This document shows, one piece after another, positions 37,896 through 48,156 of a stretch of DNA of 64,000 nt (position 1 is the first letter of the stretch; each line of letters starts with the position of its first letter). The notes beneath the pieces were generated by a model. The model was given only the letters and a program-made list of their open reading frames with translations, did no database searches and was not told where the DNA came from. The DNA is taken from positions 32,001 through 96,000 of IMG/VR virus record IMGVR_UViG_3300033141_003979; one strand, written 5' to 3'. A program made the translations under genes and the position numbers. The stretch comes from a virus.

Positions 37896-38312
37896 CTATC
37901 CTCCAGTCGGCACTGTAATGGCCCAGCCACTGATCTCTAAACCATAGATATTAGCTGCACTATATTCCATTGATAGATGAATTTCATCTCCTGGATGCAA
38001 TTTTATAGTCGGGTCAGGTTGATACATCACATCCTTAACCGCCAGCATAGCCTGAGAGATAAGATTCTGGTTATAGTGGATTCCCAGATGATTGCTGACA
38101 TATACCATAAAATCAACAATACTAGTATGCACAACAGAAAGCCGCAGTCGGATCTTCTCTAACTCAAAGCCCCCATTCCAGGCAAAATTCTCTGACAATG
38201 TGCTTTCCGTTGCGGCTCCTCCCGCAATGCTACCATCTGTAGCAAAATAAGTAATATACTTTTGCCTTGTGTATGGTAAGTATTTAGTCGTTGACGCTGC
38301 TGCATGTGCCAT
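37896..38312 (-). CDS. Hypothetical beta-rich protein
   Basis: AAGGAG RBS; 138 aa. Confidence 0.6.
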   Translation of the reverse strand: MAHAAASTTKYLPYTRQKYITYFATDGSIAGGAATESTLSENFAWNGGFELEKIRLRLSVVHTSIVDFMVYVSNHLGIHYNQNLISQAMLAVKDVMYQPDPTIKLHPGDEIHLSMEYSAANIYGLEISGWAITVPTGG

Positions 38313-38339
38313 TGTTTTTCTCCTTATTTAAATCAAAAA

Positions 38340-38882
38340 TCACAACCAACATGCTATCCTTTGCCCTTCCTTTATCCCTTCCTTCACCAACTGATTAATC
38401 CTACTGGCTGTAAGACTCAAAACTTCAGATATCTCCCTCTGCGACATATCACTCATGTAGTGTAATCTCAAGACAACTGCAAGTCTCTGTGGTAAGCGGG
38501 AAAGGATTTTATATGCCAAATCCTTTGTAGCCGTCCTATCTTCTGTCCCATTTGCACTCAGGGAATTTAAAGTCTTGAAGGAAAGATCCTCAATACTAAC
38601 AAACCGTAGCTGTCTTTTCTTTGAGAATTCTGTGCGCCCTATATTTTTCCTGATACAATCTTTGACAAATCCCCGCAAACGGTGCCTCAAATAGGTCTGA
38701 AAACTAGCCCTTTTATCTGGATTGTATGTCCTAGTGAATCGAACAAGACCCAATCTGGCTTCCCCAAGAAAATCATCAACCTCCCACTCCGGCACATTAT
38801 GGGCTCTGCAAAGATTGACCATAATGCCATCAGTAAGTTTAACAAGCTCTGGGGTTATTTCAATGGGCATATCTTTATCCAA
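38340..38882 (-). CDS. Sigma-70 family factor (FliA/WhiG-like)
   Basis: DDFLGEARLGLV...YNPDKRASFQTYLRHRLRG (region 2); LPQRLAVVLRLHY..DMSQREISEVLSLTASRINQL (region 4). Confidence 0.85.
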   Translation of the reverse strand: MDKDMPIEITPELVKLTDGIMVNLCRAHNVPEWEVDDFLGEARLGLVRFTRTYNPDKRASFQTYLRHRLRGFVKDCIRKNIGRTEFSKKRQLRFVSIEDLSFKTLNSLSANGTEDRTATKDLAYKILSRLPQRLAVVLRLHYMSDMSQREISEVLSLTASRINQLVKEGIKEGQRIACWL

Positions 38883-38951
38883 CCCACTTCTTCCCTATAA
38901 ATATCACTAAAACAATAACTCCCAGTCCAATAATAATCGTTATTACTTCCA

Positions 38952-40370
38952 TCAATATCTCCCCAACCCATGCTCAATTCCGGTAGGTCTTTTCCCACTT
39001 CCGAGCTTCTCCCATCCTACAATCACACCGCCTTCATCAATCGGAATCCATTCTTCACCAGGCTTTGTATCAGGCTTTTCACTCACTTCAATATTCTTCC
39101 TGGGCTTTGTCCCCACAACACTTATGCGAGGCTTGACCCTCAGATCTGCCATATCGCTTTCCATGGCATATCGGATATCATCAATATGATGGTTGAACTT
39201 ATCTATTGGAATATTTATTGTTTCCCCGGATTTTGTTTTCTTCCATTGATAGACCTGAAATTCATTTATGGTTTCCTGACAATCCGGATCAATCAGAATT
39301 TGATGCTGCTTGAGCCATTGGATACCGAAATTAACTGAGTCCTTTCCTTTTACCGCTCCTACAGCACTAATACCACAATCCTTCAATTCCTGAATAGACT
39401 TGGGCTCTGCACTATCACAAACCACCCGCTCCCTATCCACAATTGGCATGAGCAAATCTGCCAACTGGGGGTTAGTCAAGCCATATTCATGCAGTTCTCG
39501 GAAAATGTATATTAATTTCCGCTTCGGATCATAATGAACCCTGTTATAGGCAGAAGGATCATCAGCAAAGCCAAAATCAAGGCCATTCCTGATATTGTCA
39601 AAGAATGGGATTCTCTCTGACAGATCCAACACCCGCCAGTTAGTAAATATAACATCCCCTAAGACACCCCAATTCCCTAGGGTATAAACATTGTAGAAAT
39701 ATTCATCCGACTCATTCTCAAGTGCCCGGATATCATCAGCCTCTAAAAATCTCAAGTTATCCTTATATATAGTCTTTAAAATTGACAGATCTTCATCCTT
39801 ATAATGCCTGTCGCCATCATGAAATCGATTCTTAAAATAGGTTTCATGAATCCAGTGGCTGCGAAGTATAGGGTTAAAAACTAATGTCAACCGCTTCTGC
39901 CTCTTGATCTTAGACTTACCCCTAAGTCTTTTCTCCAACTGTTTGATGTCTGTTTCAGAGGTTTCTGTGGCTTCTTCAACCACTATATCTGTAATGATCC
40001 CTAGTTCCGGAGTAACACTCTTGAGTTTTTCAACATCATCTAGGCCAGCAAACAATATCTGATACCTATTGACACAAGTAATAACCATGTCAGACTTATT
40101 GACCTTGAAATACTCACCGACTTTCCAGTTAGATATTGTTTTGCGGATTTCATTAAAGGTTGACTGGCGGGAAGTACGAGCAACATTACGAACTATCAAA
40201 TAATTCCTGCCACCCTTGAGAATATCCCATACCGGTCTCTGACCAATAGCGAAAAAACTCTTTCCAGAAGAAGCCCCGCCAAAAAATATCTGCGTGCGGG
40301 TATCGTCATCCAAGAATGGTAGATATACTTTATTAAAAATTTTGCGGCTTATAGTTAGGTTGATTTCCAT
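38952..40370 (-). CDS. terL: Terminase large subunit, PBSX family
   Basis: GGASSGKS (Walker A), IVVEEATE (Walker B), FNP, GLDFGF, CDSAEPKSI, NHHIDDIRYA. Confidence 0.95.
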   Translation of the reverse strand: MEINLTISRKIFNKVYLPFLDDDTRTQIFFGGASSGKSFFAIGQRPVWDILKGGRNYLIVRNVARTSRQSTFNEIRKTISNWKVGEYFKVNKSDMVITCVNRYQILFAGLDDVEKLKSVTPELGIITDIVVEEATETSETDIKQLEKRLRGKSKIKRQKRLTLVFNPILRSHWIHETYFKNRFHDGDRHYKDEDLSILKTIYKDNLRFLEADDIRALENESDEYFYNVYTLGNWGVLGDVIFTNWRVLDLSERIPFFDNIRNGLDFGFADDPSAYNRVHYDPKRKLIYIFRELHEYGLTNPQLADLLMPIVDRERVVCDSAEPKSIQELKDCGISAVGAVKGKDSVNFGIQWLKQHQILIDPDCQETINEFQVYQWKKTKSGETINIPIDKFNHHIDDIRYAMESDMADLRVKPRISVVGTKPRKNIEVSEKPDTKPGEEWIPIDEGGVIVGWEKLGSGKRPTGIEHGLGRY

Positions 40371-40371
40371 A

Positions 40372-41010
40372 TCAATCCGTCAAGCCTACATTTATCTGGA
40401 CAGGAATCAAAGGGCGCCTCTGTTCATTGTCTTCTTTGAACATACCGAGGTATTTGCCGATAGAGTCAAGGACCCCTTTCTTTTCTGGTAGTTTAAATTC
40501 CTTGATCCTATCTACAATACGAACTTCATCTGCTAAAGTTATTATCTTTCTACTATGCTTAAATCCACCAATAGCATATAATTTTTCTTTAGGAATTTCA
40601 CTTAAAGGCTTCATTGCTCCATCATCATTATAAAAATCATCTATACTATAATCAGACAACATCTTGTATCTCTGCAGTACCCATTCCGTGTCTATCTCAG
40701 CATCAGCACTTAGTTTATCAAGTTTTTTACTTATATACTCAGCTACTTTAGGTAATCTAAGGAGTTCAAAAGCACACACACCTGCAGTCTCATCCTTCTT
40801 CACATTAGGATAAGACACCTTATAGGCACGAGTTCCGTTTCGATCAACAAGCCACTGATCTGCAAATATCTTCTGATTTGCAGTCAACCTACCATTACCA
40901 TTACTCTTCTTCTTTTTTACTATTGGATTTGATTCTTTAGGAACAGGAGATCTTTGTCGTCTATGGAAGCAGGAAGGAATTGGAAAGGCCTTTCTTTTGA
41001 ATCTAGCCAT
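40372..41010 (-). CDS. terS: Terminase small subunit
   Basis: LTANQKIFADQWLVDRNGTRAY...LLRLPKVAEYI...KLPEKKGVLDSIGKYLGMF. Confidence 0.9.
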   Translation of the reverse strand: MARFKRKAFPIPSCFHRRQRSPVPKESNPIVKKKKSNGNGRLTANQKIFADQWLVDRNGTRAYKVSYPNVKKDETAGVCAFELLRLPKVAEYISKKLDKLSADAEIDTEWVLQRYKMLSDYSIDDFYNDDGAMKPLSEIPKEKLYAIGGFKHSRKIITLADEVRIVDRIKEFKLPEKKGVLDSIGKYLGMFKEDNEQRRPLIPVQINVGLTD

Positions 41011-41285
41011 TGTTTAGGCCTCTTTCTTATTGGTTAAAAGGATTAAAAATAATGGCATTTTTCTCCCTTTTTTCTTTGAAACTTATAACATACTAAATTT
41101 ATTGACATAACATAAGGGTCATTTCTACAAGTATGACCATCATTATACCTATATTCTAGGGTTATTTGGTAGTTTTTGACAAGGAAAAAATTATTTATTT
41201 TACAACTATTTTTATCTGTCTGATTTTATCTAATGATAACAACATATTGTAGAGATCATTTTTTTTCCTTTTTTTCCTTTTTTCC

Positions 41286-41313
41286 TTGATTTCTTTATTT
41301 TAATAATTATAAT
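41286..41313 (+). promoter_or_regulatory. Sigma70-like early promoter
   Basis: TTGATT-16-TATAAT in the AT-rich divergence region, followed by AAGGAGG and ATG 41345. Confidence 0.6.
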
Positions 41314-41344
41314 ATAGATGAACAATTAATAAAGGAGGCACACA

Positions 41345-41560
41345 ATGGGAAAAGGATTTTACAGCAACAAAGACTTAAAAGATTGGAGAGAAACAGAAAG
41401 AACCATGAGGAAAGACCCGAATTCATTATCTGATATGGCCTGGAAGCGCAGAGAATTAATGTTTGCAACAGATCCAGAAGCGTATGAAGATAAGGATATT
41501 CCTGAAGATAACGGGCATGGGATAGTAGAAGTGGAAGAAGAAGTGGATTGTCCATTTTAA
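41345..41560 (+). CDS. Small early protein
   Basis: Strong RBS; acidic C-terminus ending DCPF. Confidence 0.65.
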   Translation: MGKGFYSNKDLKDWRETERTMRKDPNSLSDMAWKRRELMFATDPEAYEDKDIPEDNGHGIVEVEEEVDCPF

Positions 41561-41630
41561 GATTATCTTAACCCACTAAAACAAAAGCCAAGTGGATGGA
41601 CCAAACAATAAATAAATCAAACAAAATAAC

Positions 41631-41690
41631 GGGGCAGAGTTTCAGGCTTTTGGTTTCCTCAACCAAAACATCCACACTGGACTTTGCCCC
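41631..41690 (+). ncRNA. Candidate structured RNA / leader hairpin
   Basis: GGGGCAGAGTT..CAG / CTGGACTTTGCCCC outer stem, TTTTGGTT/AACCAAAA inner stem, CATCCACA bulge. Confidence 0.45.
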
Positions 41691-41731
41691 CCTTCATCTT
41701 TCTTTACCCTATTAACAGAAAGGAGAACAAC

Positions 41732-41938
41732 ATGACAAAGAATGAAGCAGCACTTTGGATGACCGTAGATGCCATTGATGATGCAATCAAAGAATCCGGA
41801 ACCCAAGGAATTCCTGCCGGACATCTCTATGCAGCAATAATGGGGCAAATGAATCTGGAAACCTTTAATGCAATCATCAGCCTCCTGAAAAAAGGAAAGA
41901 AAATAAAAGAAACTAACCACCTTTTAACGGCTATCTAA
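41732..41938 (+). CDS. Small early protein
   Basis: AAGGAG RBS; MTKNEAAL...GIPAGHLYAAIMG. Confidence 0.65.
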   Translation: MTKNEAALWMTVDAIDDAIKESGTQGIPAGHLYAAIMGQMNLETFNAIISLLKKGKKIKETNHLLTAI

Positions 41939-42011
41939 GCCATCAAACCAAAAGGAGAAACACGAACTATGTTGTTACCAATTCATTCTATGATAAAGGA
42001 GGTGAAAGTAG

Positions 42012-42185
42012 GTGAAAAAAATCAGAATCATAATCACAAAAGCCTCAATGATTGTAAATGTTATTGAACCCGTTGGAATAGTACTTACGCCCAACGGGAA
42101 TGTTTCTAGAAGTGGAAAGACTGTCTTAAAGTATATCCAAGAGGCGATTGACAATGGCCTTGATGTGGAAATAATTGGTAGGTAA
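42012..42185 (+). CDS. Small early protein (57 aa, not in track)
   Basis: AGGAGGTG RBS, GTG start, MKKIRIIITKASMIVNV...GR*. Confidence 0.55.
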   Translation: MKKIRIIITKASMIVNVIEPVGIVLTPNGNVSRSGKTVLKYIQEAIDNGLDVEIIGR

Positions 42186-42213
42186 ATAAAAAATACCCGA
42201 GGAGGCAAACAAA

Positions 42214-42762
42214 ATGAAGAAAGTACAAACTGAGTATGGAGAAGCTGATTTAATTTTTAATAAGTATGCCAATGGACGGTTGGCAATATCTCTTGTATCA
42301 TCAGATATTGGGGAACCTATTGCTGGTCTTACCGTCAATCTTCCTGAAGAGGCGCTTGAAGATGGAGAATTTTTTGTCAAGACCTGGAGTGAAAATGCGG
42401 AGATTGCAAAAGACTGTCTTGCAAGTGGCCATTTCGTAGATACCAGAAAGCGAGTAACTACAGGATTTGTTCAAGCACAGGTTTGGAAATTCAATGAAAG
42501 GGGAGTAAATAAGATGCCAAAAGAAAATTTCGATTGGACAAAGTGCCCCAAAAAAAAGCCCGTACAAATGCTCAACCCGCTTACATGGGAAAAGAAAACC
42601 CTCTTTGGTAGTACTAAGGAATCAACTTTTGAATACCACGGATGCATCCTTCATTGCAGCGGCCCTCCAATGGGGGCCTGCACCTATCCAATGATCATGA
42701 CCCATCACCAAGGAGATCCGTGCCTGAGACTGACTCCTAAATTCTTTGAAGGGGGTGAATAA
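42214..42762 (+). CDS. DUF4313-like protein, apparently fused to a second small gene
   Basis: YANGRLAI...GEPIAGLTVNL...FVKTWSEN...TGFV; internal GGGGAG RBS before MPKENF. Confidence 0.55.
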   Translation: MKKVQTEYGEADLIFNKYANGRLAISLVSSDIGEPIAGLTVNLPEEALEDGEFFVKTWSENAEIAKDCLASGHFVDTRKRVTTGFVQAQVWKFNERGVNKMPKENFDWTKCPKKKPVQMLNPLTWEKKTLFGSTKESTFEYHGCILHCSGPPMGACTYPMIMTHHQGDPCLRLTPKFFEGGE

Positions 42763-44174
42763 ATTGAACTGTCCATATTGTAATGCTAAAGAAGATAATT
42801 GTGTTCCAGATGTTGTTTATCGCCACGCTGAAAATTATGGTGGAGGAATGAGTAATTTTAGATGTTTAACTTGCAAGAAAGTTATAAGAGCCTCAGTGAA
42901 TGTTTGCATTTCTATTAAATTCCCTGAAAAAACCAATGAAAAAAGCGATTGGTAAAAAGATTCAAAGGAGAACACTATGGTAACACAAGCAGAAAGAGCA
43001 GCACTAATGAAGTTCGCCCGCCCCTTGAAACCACAGGGGCCAGATCTAATCGTTACAATCAGAACGGACCTGTTTGAAGAAAGAATGCTTAAACAATATG
43101 ACAAAGGCAAGCTGCGGCCCTTATGGTGGCAGAAAGAGGACAAAGCAAATAACCGAATTCAGTTAGCCTTCGGGCCGGGGAGGTAAGAAAAAGTGACAAA
43201 TTTACAATTCTCTAAGGAAAAGGAATTGCTTGGAAAACAACTTTCCCAAAGAAAGCACAAAAAAAGGAGAATAACCACAATGAAAAGGATCAAAGAAAAG
43301 ACTGCCCGCAGATGGCTGAACCGAAACGAATGGAAAATCATTACATATAGTAAATACGGACACAAGAAATTCTGGCGGCAATATGCCGTATGTATGCGGA
43401 CACTAACTATATTCAAAAAGTTTTAATAGGAGGTGAAAGAAAAGTGATAAGCTGCCAATACTGTAAATCATTTCAGAAAGGAAGGTCCTGCCAAGAATAT
43501 AAAATTCCAATGAGGCTATGCACCATCAAAAATAAGCCCGTACAATACAGAGATAAGGCCTGCGATGAGTTCCAATTAGCCAAGCGATTCTGGTGTGAAC
43601 GGCATAAAATGTGGCTAGATCCTGAATTATGCAAAATGAACCAGAAAAAGAGGAGGAATGGTTGTGTGACTTGTCGGCAAGGGGAGATCATCAATAAACT
43701 TCTATCCCCGGCGGTAGTCAAATCAAGATTCCAGAGGAGGGAGAAGAACAGTGAATAATCCAAACAGACCAACTGTTAAACTCATCGGAGAAGATGGAAA
43801 TGTCTTTTACATTCTTGGAAAGGTCCGGGCAGCATTGAAAAGTGCAGAGTATTCCAAGGATGCTATATCGGAGTTCACCAAACAGGCAACCTCTGGCAGC
43901 GATTATGATACAGTACTGCAAACTTGCATGATATGGGTTGATGTCGAGTAAAGGAATTGTCATGACCACTAAACTACTCTACTACACTGAATTCAACTGG
44001 TATGGAGAAGTCCATGACTTCTGGACCCATGCCAGAAACCCGGAAGCAGCCAAGCGGCAGTCTGTCTCCAAGTTGGCAAAACGACTAGGCACTTCCAGAT
44101 ACCGGGTAAGATGCTACTTTTCAGGATATAAAGACAATTTCAAAATCACAGAAAAAGAAAAGGAGCCTAACTAA
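42746..44174 (+). CDS. Cluster of about six small early genes, several Cys-rich (42746-42955, 42977-43186, ~43193-43426, ~43390-43758, 43751-43951, ~43938-44174)
   Basis: Tightly packed co-oriented ORFs with RBSs. 43751 has the common VKLIGEDGNVFYILGKVRAALK...SGSDYD motif. Confidence 0.55.
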
Positions 44175-44708
44175 ATGCAAAAATATGAAGACCACCAAAA
44201 ACTTATCCATTGCTTAGCCTATCGATTCCATCATACCACAGGCATCGAAGCCAATGAACTTATTTCATGCGGAAATCTTGAGTTCATGGAATGCCAAAAA
44301 AACTACAATCCTGCAAAAGGGACAAAATTCAGCACATATCTCTATACAAAACTACAAGGACTTTTCCTAGAAATGGGAAGAAAAAAGGAAACTGCCCCAA
44401 AAATCATCAGCATAGAAAATGATTATTGGGGTAAACCTTTATCAGAAACCTCTCCGTTCATGAACGAGATCACTCCTGAAGACAACTGCCTATTCAAAGA
44501 AATAGTCCTTGGCTTACCAGAAGATGCCAAAGAAGTCGTGAAGATTGTTTTTAATACCCCAATAGATCTCATGAAAATGCTTCCAAAAAAGCAGCCCCGT
44601 GGGATCAACAAAACTCAAACCCAAAAATACCTGAGGCAACAGTATGGCTGGTCCTTTTCCAGAATACAAAAAGCATTTACTGCAATCAAAAAAGGATTAT
44701 CATTTTAA
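44175..44708 (+). CDS. Sigma-70-like phage factor (region 2)
   Basis: LIHCLAYRF...ELISCGNLEFMECQKNYNPAKGTKFSTYLY; HTH-like C-terminus. Confidence 0.7.
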   Translation: MQKYEDHQKLIHCLAYRFHHTTGIEANELISCGNLEFMECQKNYNPAKGTKFSTYLYTKLQGLFLEMGRKKETAPKIISIENDYWGKPLSETSPFMNEITPEDNCLFKEIVLGLPEDAKEVVKIVFNTPIDLMKMLPKKQPRGINKTQTQKYLRQQYGWSFSRIQKAFTAIKKGLSF

Positions 44709-44709
44709 T

Positions 44710-44739
44710 CTTTGAAATTTTCTTATAATATAACATATG
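44710..44739 (+). promoter_or_regulatory. Phage-specific promoter-like motif, copy 1
   Basis: CTTTGAAATTTTCTTATAATATAACATATG is nearly identical to 57160-57189. Confidence 0.6.
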
Positions 44740-44747
44740 GAGAAAAA

Positions 44748-44903
44748 ATGAATAATGACTATGAAATCGAATGTGAAAATTGTGGGTGGTCAGGACGTTC
44801 CGACGAACTGGTAGCATTAACAGAAGATCTTAAAGACTGTGATTTTTCATATCGTCCTGATTGCAGTAGTCAAGACATTATAGATATAGATCAAGATGAA
44901 TAG
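44748..44903 (+). CDS. Small Zn-ribbon-like protein
   Basis: CENCGWSG...YRPDC (the second pair lacks one Cys). Confidence 0.5.
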   Translation: MNNDYEIECENCGWSGRSDELVALTEDLKDCDFSYRPDCSSQDIIDIDQDE

Positions 44904-46223
44904 TTCAGGCCTTGCCATTACGATCACAATTAGAAATCTTGCGGAGATTTCATTTATCAATGATGAGCTTAATACTGAAATCCTTAGCCTGCTTACTATT
45001 AGAAATCCCAAATGGGCAGAAAACCGCAAGATGAAAAGATGGCAAGGCGATACTCCAAAACTACTGACATTTTATGAGCAAGATGATAACAACCAACTCT
45101 TCGTGCCACGTGGGGCAATTGAGCCCATAATCGAAATCTGCAATAAAAGAAATATTGATGTAGATCTCATTGACGAAACAAACCAATTAACCCCAATCAA
45201 TCTTTGTTTTAAAGGAACCCTGAAAGATTTCCAAAAACCAGTAATCTGTACCATATTAGAACATGAAGAAGGAACTCTTTGTTCCCCAACTGGCTCCGGC
45301 AAAACCATCATGGCCTTATATCTAATTGCACAAAGACAACAACCTGCCTTGATCATAGTTCATACCAAAGAATTACTTGATCAATGGAAAGATAGGATTG
45401 AAACCTTTCTTGGAATCCAAAAAGATAATATAGGTCAATTCGGGGATGGACAAAAGTGGGTCGGTGAAAAAATAACAGTAGCTCTAATCCAGACACTACG
45501 CAAGATCAAGAAATTGCCAGAAATAGGGCATTTAATAACCGATGAATGTCACCGAATTCCAGGTACTACTTTCCATGAAACCATCAAAAGATTCAACTGC
45601 AAATATCTTCTAGGGCTATCGGCCACCCCATATAGAAGAGATGGTTTATCAAAACTAATCTCTTGGTATGCCGGCCCCATCAGATACAAAATAGATCCTC
45701 GCGAATTAATGAAACAAGGACACATTACTAAAATCCAATCAATAATCAAAAAAACAAATTTTATCTGCCAACTTCGAGATAAAAAAGGAAACAAAATTAA
45801 TCCAGCAGATTTGCGGAAGCAAAGCAAGGAGAAACCTGTCTTGTACTAACTGACAGGAAAGAACATTGTACTGCATTGACAAACTTAACCAGTCATAACG
45901 GATTAAGAGTTGAAGAATTAACTGGAAGTCATTCAGAAGGGCATAGAAAAAGGGTAATCCAAGATATTAATGATGGCAAAATCAATGTCCTAATAGCAAC
46001 CGGACAACTAATTGGTGAAGGATTTGATTGCGAAAATCTTTCTACAATATTCCTAACTACCCCAATAAGATTTTCCGGCAGAATAATTCAATACATCGGA
46101 CGAGGACTAAGGCCAATGCCAGGAAAAGAGGTGGCAAAGATTTATTATTATCATGATCAAACGATAAAATGTTTATATGGCTCATATAAAGCAATACTGA
46201 AAGTTTGTAAGGATCTAGAATAA
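44896..46223 (+). pseudogene. SF2 DExH helicase split by a frameshift near 45801-45815
   Basis: PTGSGKT, DECH and GLSATP lie in 44896..45849; LVLTDRKEHC, GEGFD and QYIGRGLR lie in the -1 frame ending at 46223. Confidence 0.75.
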
Positions 46224-46229
46224 TCCTCA

Positions 46230-46640
46230 ATGGCACCCTTACTACCTACATCTGATGAACTTAGCCTTGAAATTGATAGATTTGAAATTGACAATCTTGA
46301 TCCAGAAATTTTAGAAGGAAACGAAACAACAAAAGGATATTCCACCATGTCACCAGAACAAGCAATGTGGGCAGCAGTCATTGAACAAGCAGCTAGAGAT
46401 CTTTTCTATATGCCAAATGCACAATTTATAACAGGCCAAATAATAACAATCAGGAATTCTTCCTATGCCTTTTTCTTTTCAAAAAGTTCTCATTATATAC
46501 AATACAGGGATTTTGTCCTCACAACTATTGACCTTGATTTAGATGTAATTCTATCTGCTTTACAAAAACGAATTAAAAAATTCAAACAAAATCAACAAAA
46601 GTCTTCAAAATGCAAAGCCCATGTTTTGAATGTGAATTAA
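46230..46640 (+). CDS. Hypothetical phage protein
   Basis: PEQAMWAAVIEQAARDL motif. Confidence 0.6.
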   Translation: MAPLLPTSDELSLEIDRFEIDNLDPEILEGNETTKGYSTMSPEQAMWAAVIEQAARDLFYMPNAQFITGQIITIRNSSYAFFFSKSSHYIQYRDFVLTTIDLDLDVILSALQKRIKKFKQNQQKSSKCKAHVLNVN

Positions 46641-46882
46641 AAAAATCAGACAAAAATAATCTCGTCTGTGCAAAATGCAGGGAAAGGATTAATTATGCTC
46701 TTTATCTTGAATATCCTAATAAATTGTCTGCTATCCCTCCACAAAAATGCAAAACCAAAGGATGCAAAAATCCTAACCGTGTTAATGATTTATGTTTGAG
46801 ATGCGCTATTATCAACTGGAAATTAACACATCCAAAAGAAAGAATATGGATAAAAAGAGGAATCTACAATGTTTTCCGCTGA
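46610..46882 (+). CDS. Cys-rich small protein
   Basis: SPCFEC...CAKC...CKTKGC...LCLRC. Confidence 0.55.
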   Translation: MQSPCFECELKKSDKNNLVCAKCRERINYALYLEYPNKLSAIPPQKCKTKGCKNPNRVNDLCLRCAIINWKLTHPKERIWIKRGIYNVFR

Positions 46883-47765
46883 ATCATTCTGTGAAGACTA
46901 TCAAATCCCTTGGTTCCCTCCAGGCACTAAAAATGTAGGCCGTGGGTATATAGGAATATGCTGCCCCTTCTGTGATGATACAAGCTCACATGGTGGATTC
47001 AATATCTCTAAGTCCTTTTACAATTGCCATCGATGCGGAGGACATTGGATATTAAAAATAATTGCGGCCTTAACAAAAACCAACATCCATAATGCAAAAA
47101 AAATCTTTGAAAAATATTCATCAGACGAATCGATTGCCGAAAAATTCAAACCCAATAAATATGTTTCAGAAGTTACTTTTCCTCCAGATACAGGTCCACT
47201 AAATGAAAAGGCAAAACAATATCTCATTAATCGAAACTTTGATCCAAACAAACTAGTCTCTGAATGGGGGCTCCTATCAACCGGTCACGCCGGAGAATAC
47301 AAATTCTCTATCCTAGCTCCTATCTACCTACATGGACTTCTCATATCATACCAATGCAGGGATATTACGGGTAAAAATCCCACTCCATACAAAGGGTGCT
47401 CGATTGATGAATCTGTCTACAATCATAAGCATTCACTATACGGAATTGATAAGGCAATGCCACAAAAGAAATGTGTAGTTGTTGAAGGAATCACTGATAC
47501 CTGGAGACTTGGGCCGGGAGCGGTAAGCACATTCTCAATGAATTTTACCATACCACAAATCAGATTATTAGTTCAATCATTTGATTACTCCTTCATTCTA
47601 TATGATCCAGAACCTCAAGCACAAGCACAAGCAGAAAAACTTTTTCATTACATAACCGGATGTGGCAAAGAAGCAGAAATTCTTAACCTACCAGACTGGA
47701 TAAAAGACCCAGGCGACTTATCAGATAACTCGGCTAAAGAAATTATGAAGGAATTAGGACTATGA
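46869..47765 (+). CDS. DNA primase (Zn-binding plus Toprim)
   Basis: CPFCDD..SH...YNCHRCG; VVVEGITD, ILYDPE, KDPGDL. Confidence 0.85.
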   Translation: MFSAESFCEDYQIPWFPPGTKNVGRGYIGICCPFCDDTSSHGGFNISKSFYNCHRCGGHWILKIIAALTKTNIHNAKKIFEKYSSDESIAEKFKPNKYVSEVTFPPDTGPLNEKAKQYLINRNFDPNKLVSEWGLLSTGHAGEYKFSILAPIYLHGLLISYQCRDITGKNPTPYKGCSIDESVYNHKHSLYGIDKAMPQKKCVVVEGITDTWRLGPGAVSTFSMNFTIPQIRLLVQSFDYSFILYDPEPQAQAQAEKLFHYITGCGKEAEILNLPDWIKDPGDLSDNSAKEIMKELGL

Positions 47766-47989
47766 AAGTAAAATATGTTGTAATAAATTATCACGGCGAT
47801 GACACCATGATTATCTTTCCTGGATATATTCAACATGCCACTATGGCAAAAATAGGATGTGTTATAATATCTGCCGGTTTTGTCAATATGAAAACAAAAG
47901 CCTGCTATGGAGAATCTGTAAGCTTAAAGGTAAAATCAGATCCAGAGCTTGATAACATTTTATTAGAAGAATTTTTTAATCAGGAATAA
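47762..47989 (+). CDS. Small conserved phage protein
   Basis: KYVV...IIFP..IQH...ISAGFV...CYGESVSLKVKS. Confidence 0.65.
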   Translation: MKVKYVVINYHGDDTMIIFPGYIQHATMAKIGCVIISAGFVNMKTKACYGESVSLKVKSDPELDNILLEEFFNQE

Positions 47990-47996
47990 AAAAAGC

Positions 47997-48025
47997 TTGA
48001 TTTTTATAAAAAGATATTTTATAAT
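47997..48025 (+). promoter_or_regulatory. Sigma70-like promoter
   Basis: TTGATT-17-TATAAT. Confidence 0.7.
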
Positions 48026-48033
48026 ACATTTTA

Positions 48034-48151
48034 GTAGAAATTCTTGGCGGGATTTCTACCTCCAAATTGGCCAGCTGTGATAGCGCACACAGTTATGGGA
48101 GGGGCTATCGTCCCCTCCCGGCTTCTTTTCTTTCGACCTTACGATAGGAGG
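48034..48151 (+). ncRNA. Structured leader RNA with kissing loops
   Basis: Hairpin at 48034-59 and a three-way junction at 48070-122. Loops GATAGC and GCTATC are complementary; CTATCGT is also complementary to ACGATAG (48141-47). Confidence 0.6.
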
Positions 48152-48156
48152 TTGTC

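Noticed and set aside
41011-41344. att site or origin in the AT-rich divergence region
   Set aside because: No integrase, tRNA or iteron array is visible; it is adequately explained as a divergent promoter region.
45778-45800. AAAAAAG as a programmed -1 frameshift site for the helicase
   Set aside because: It is not in the X XXY YYZ register, and a -1 slip there meets TAA at 45798-45800.
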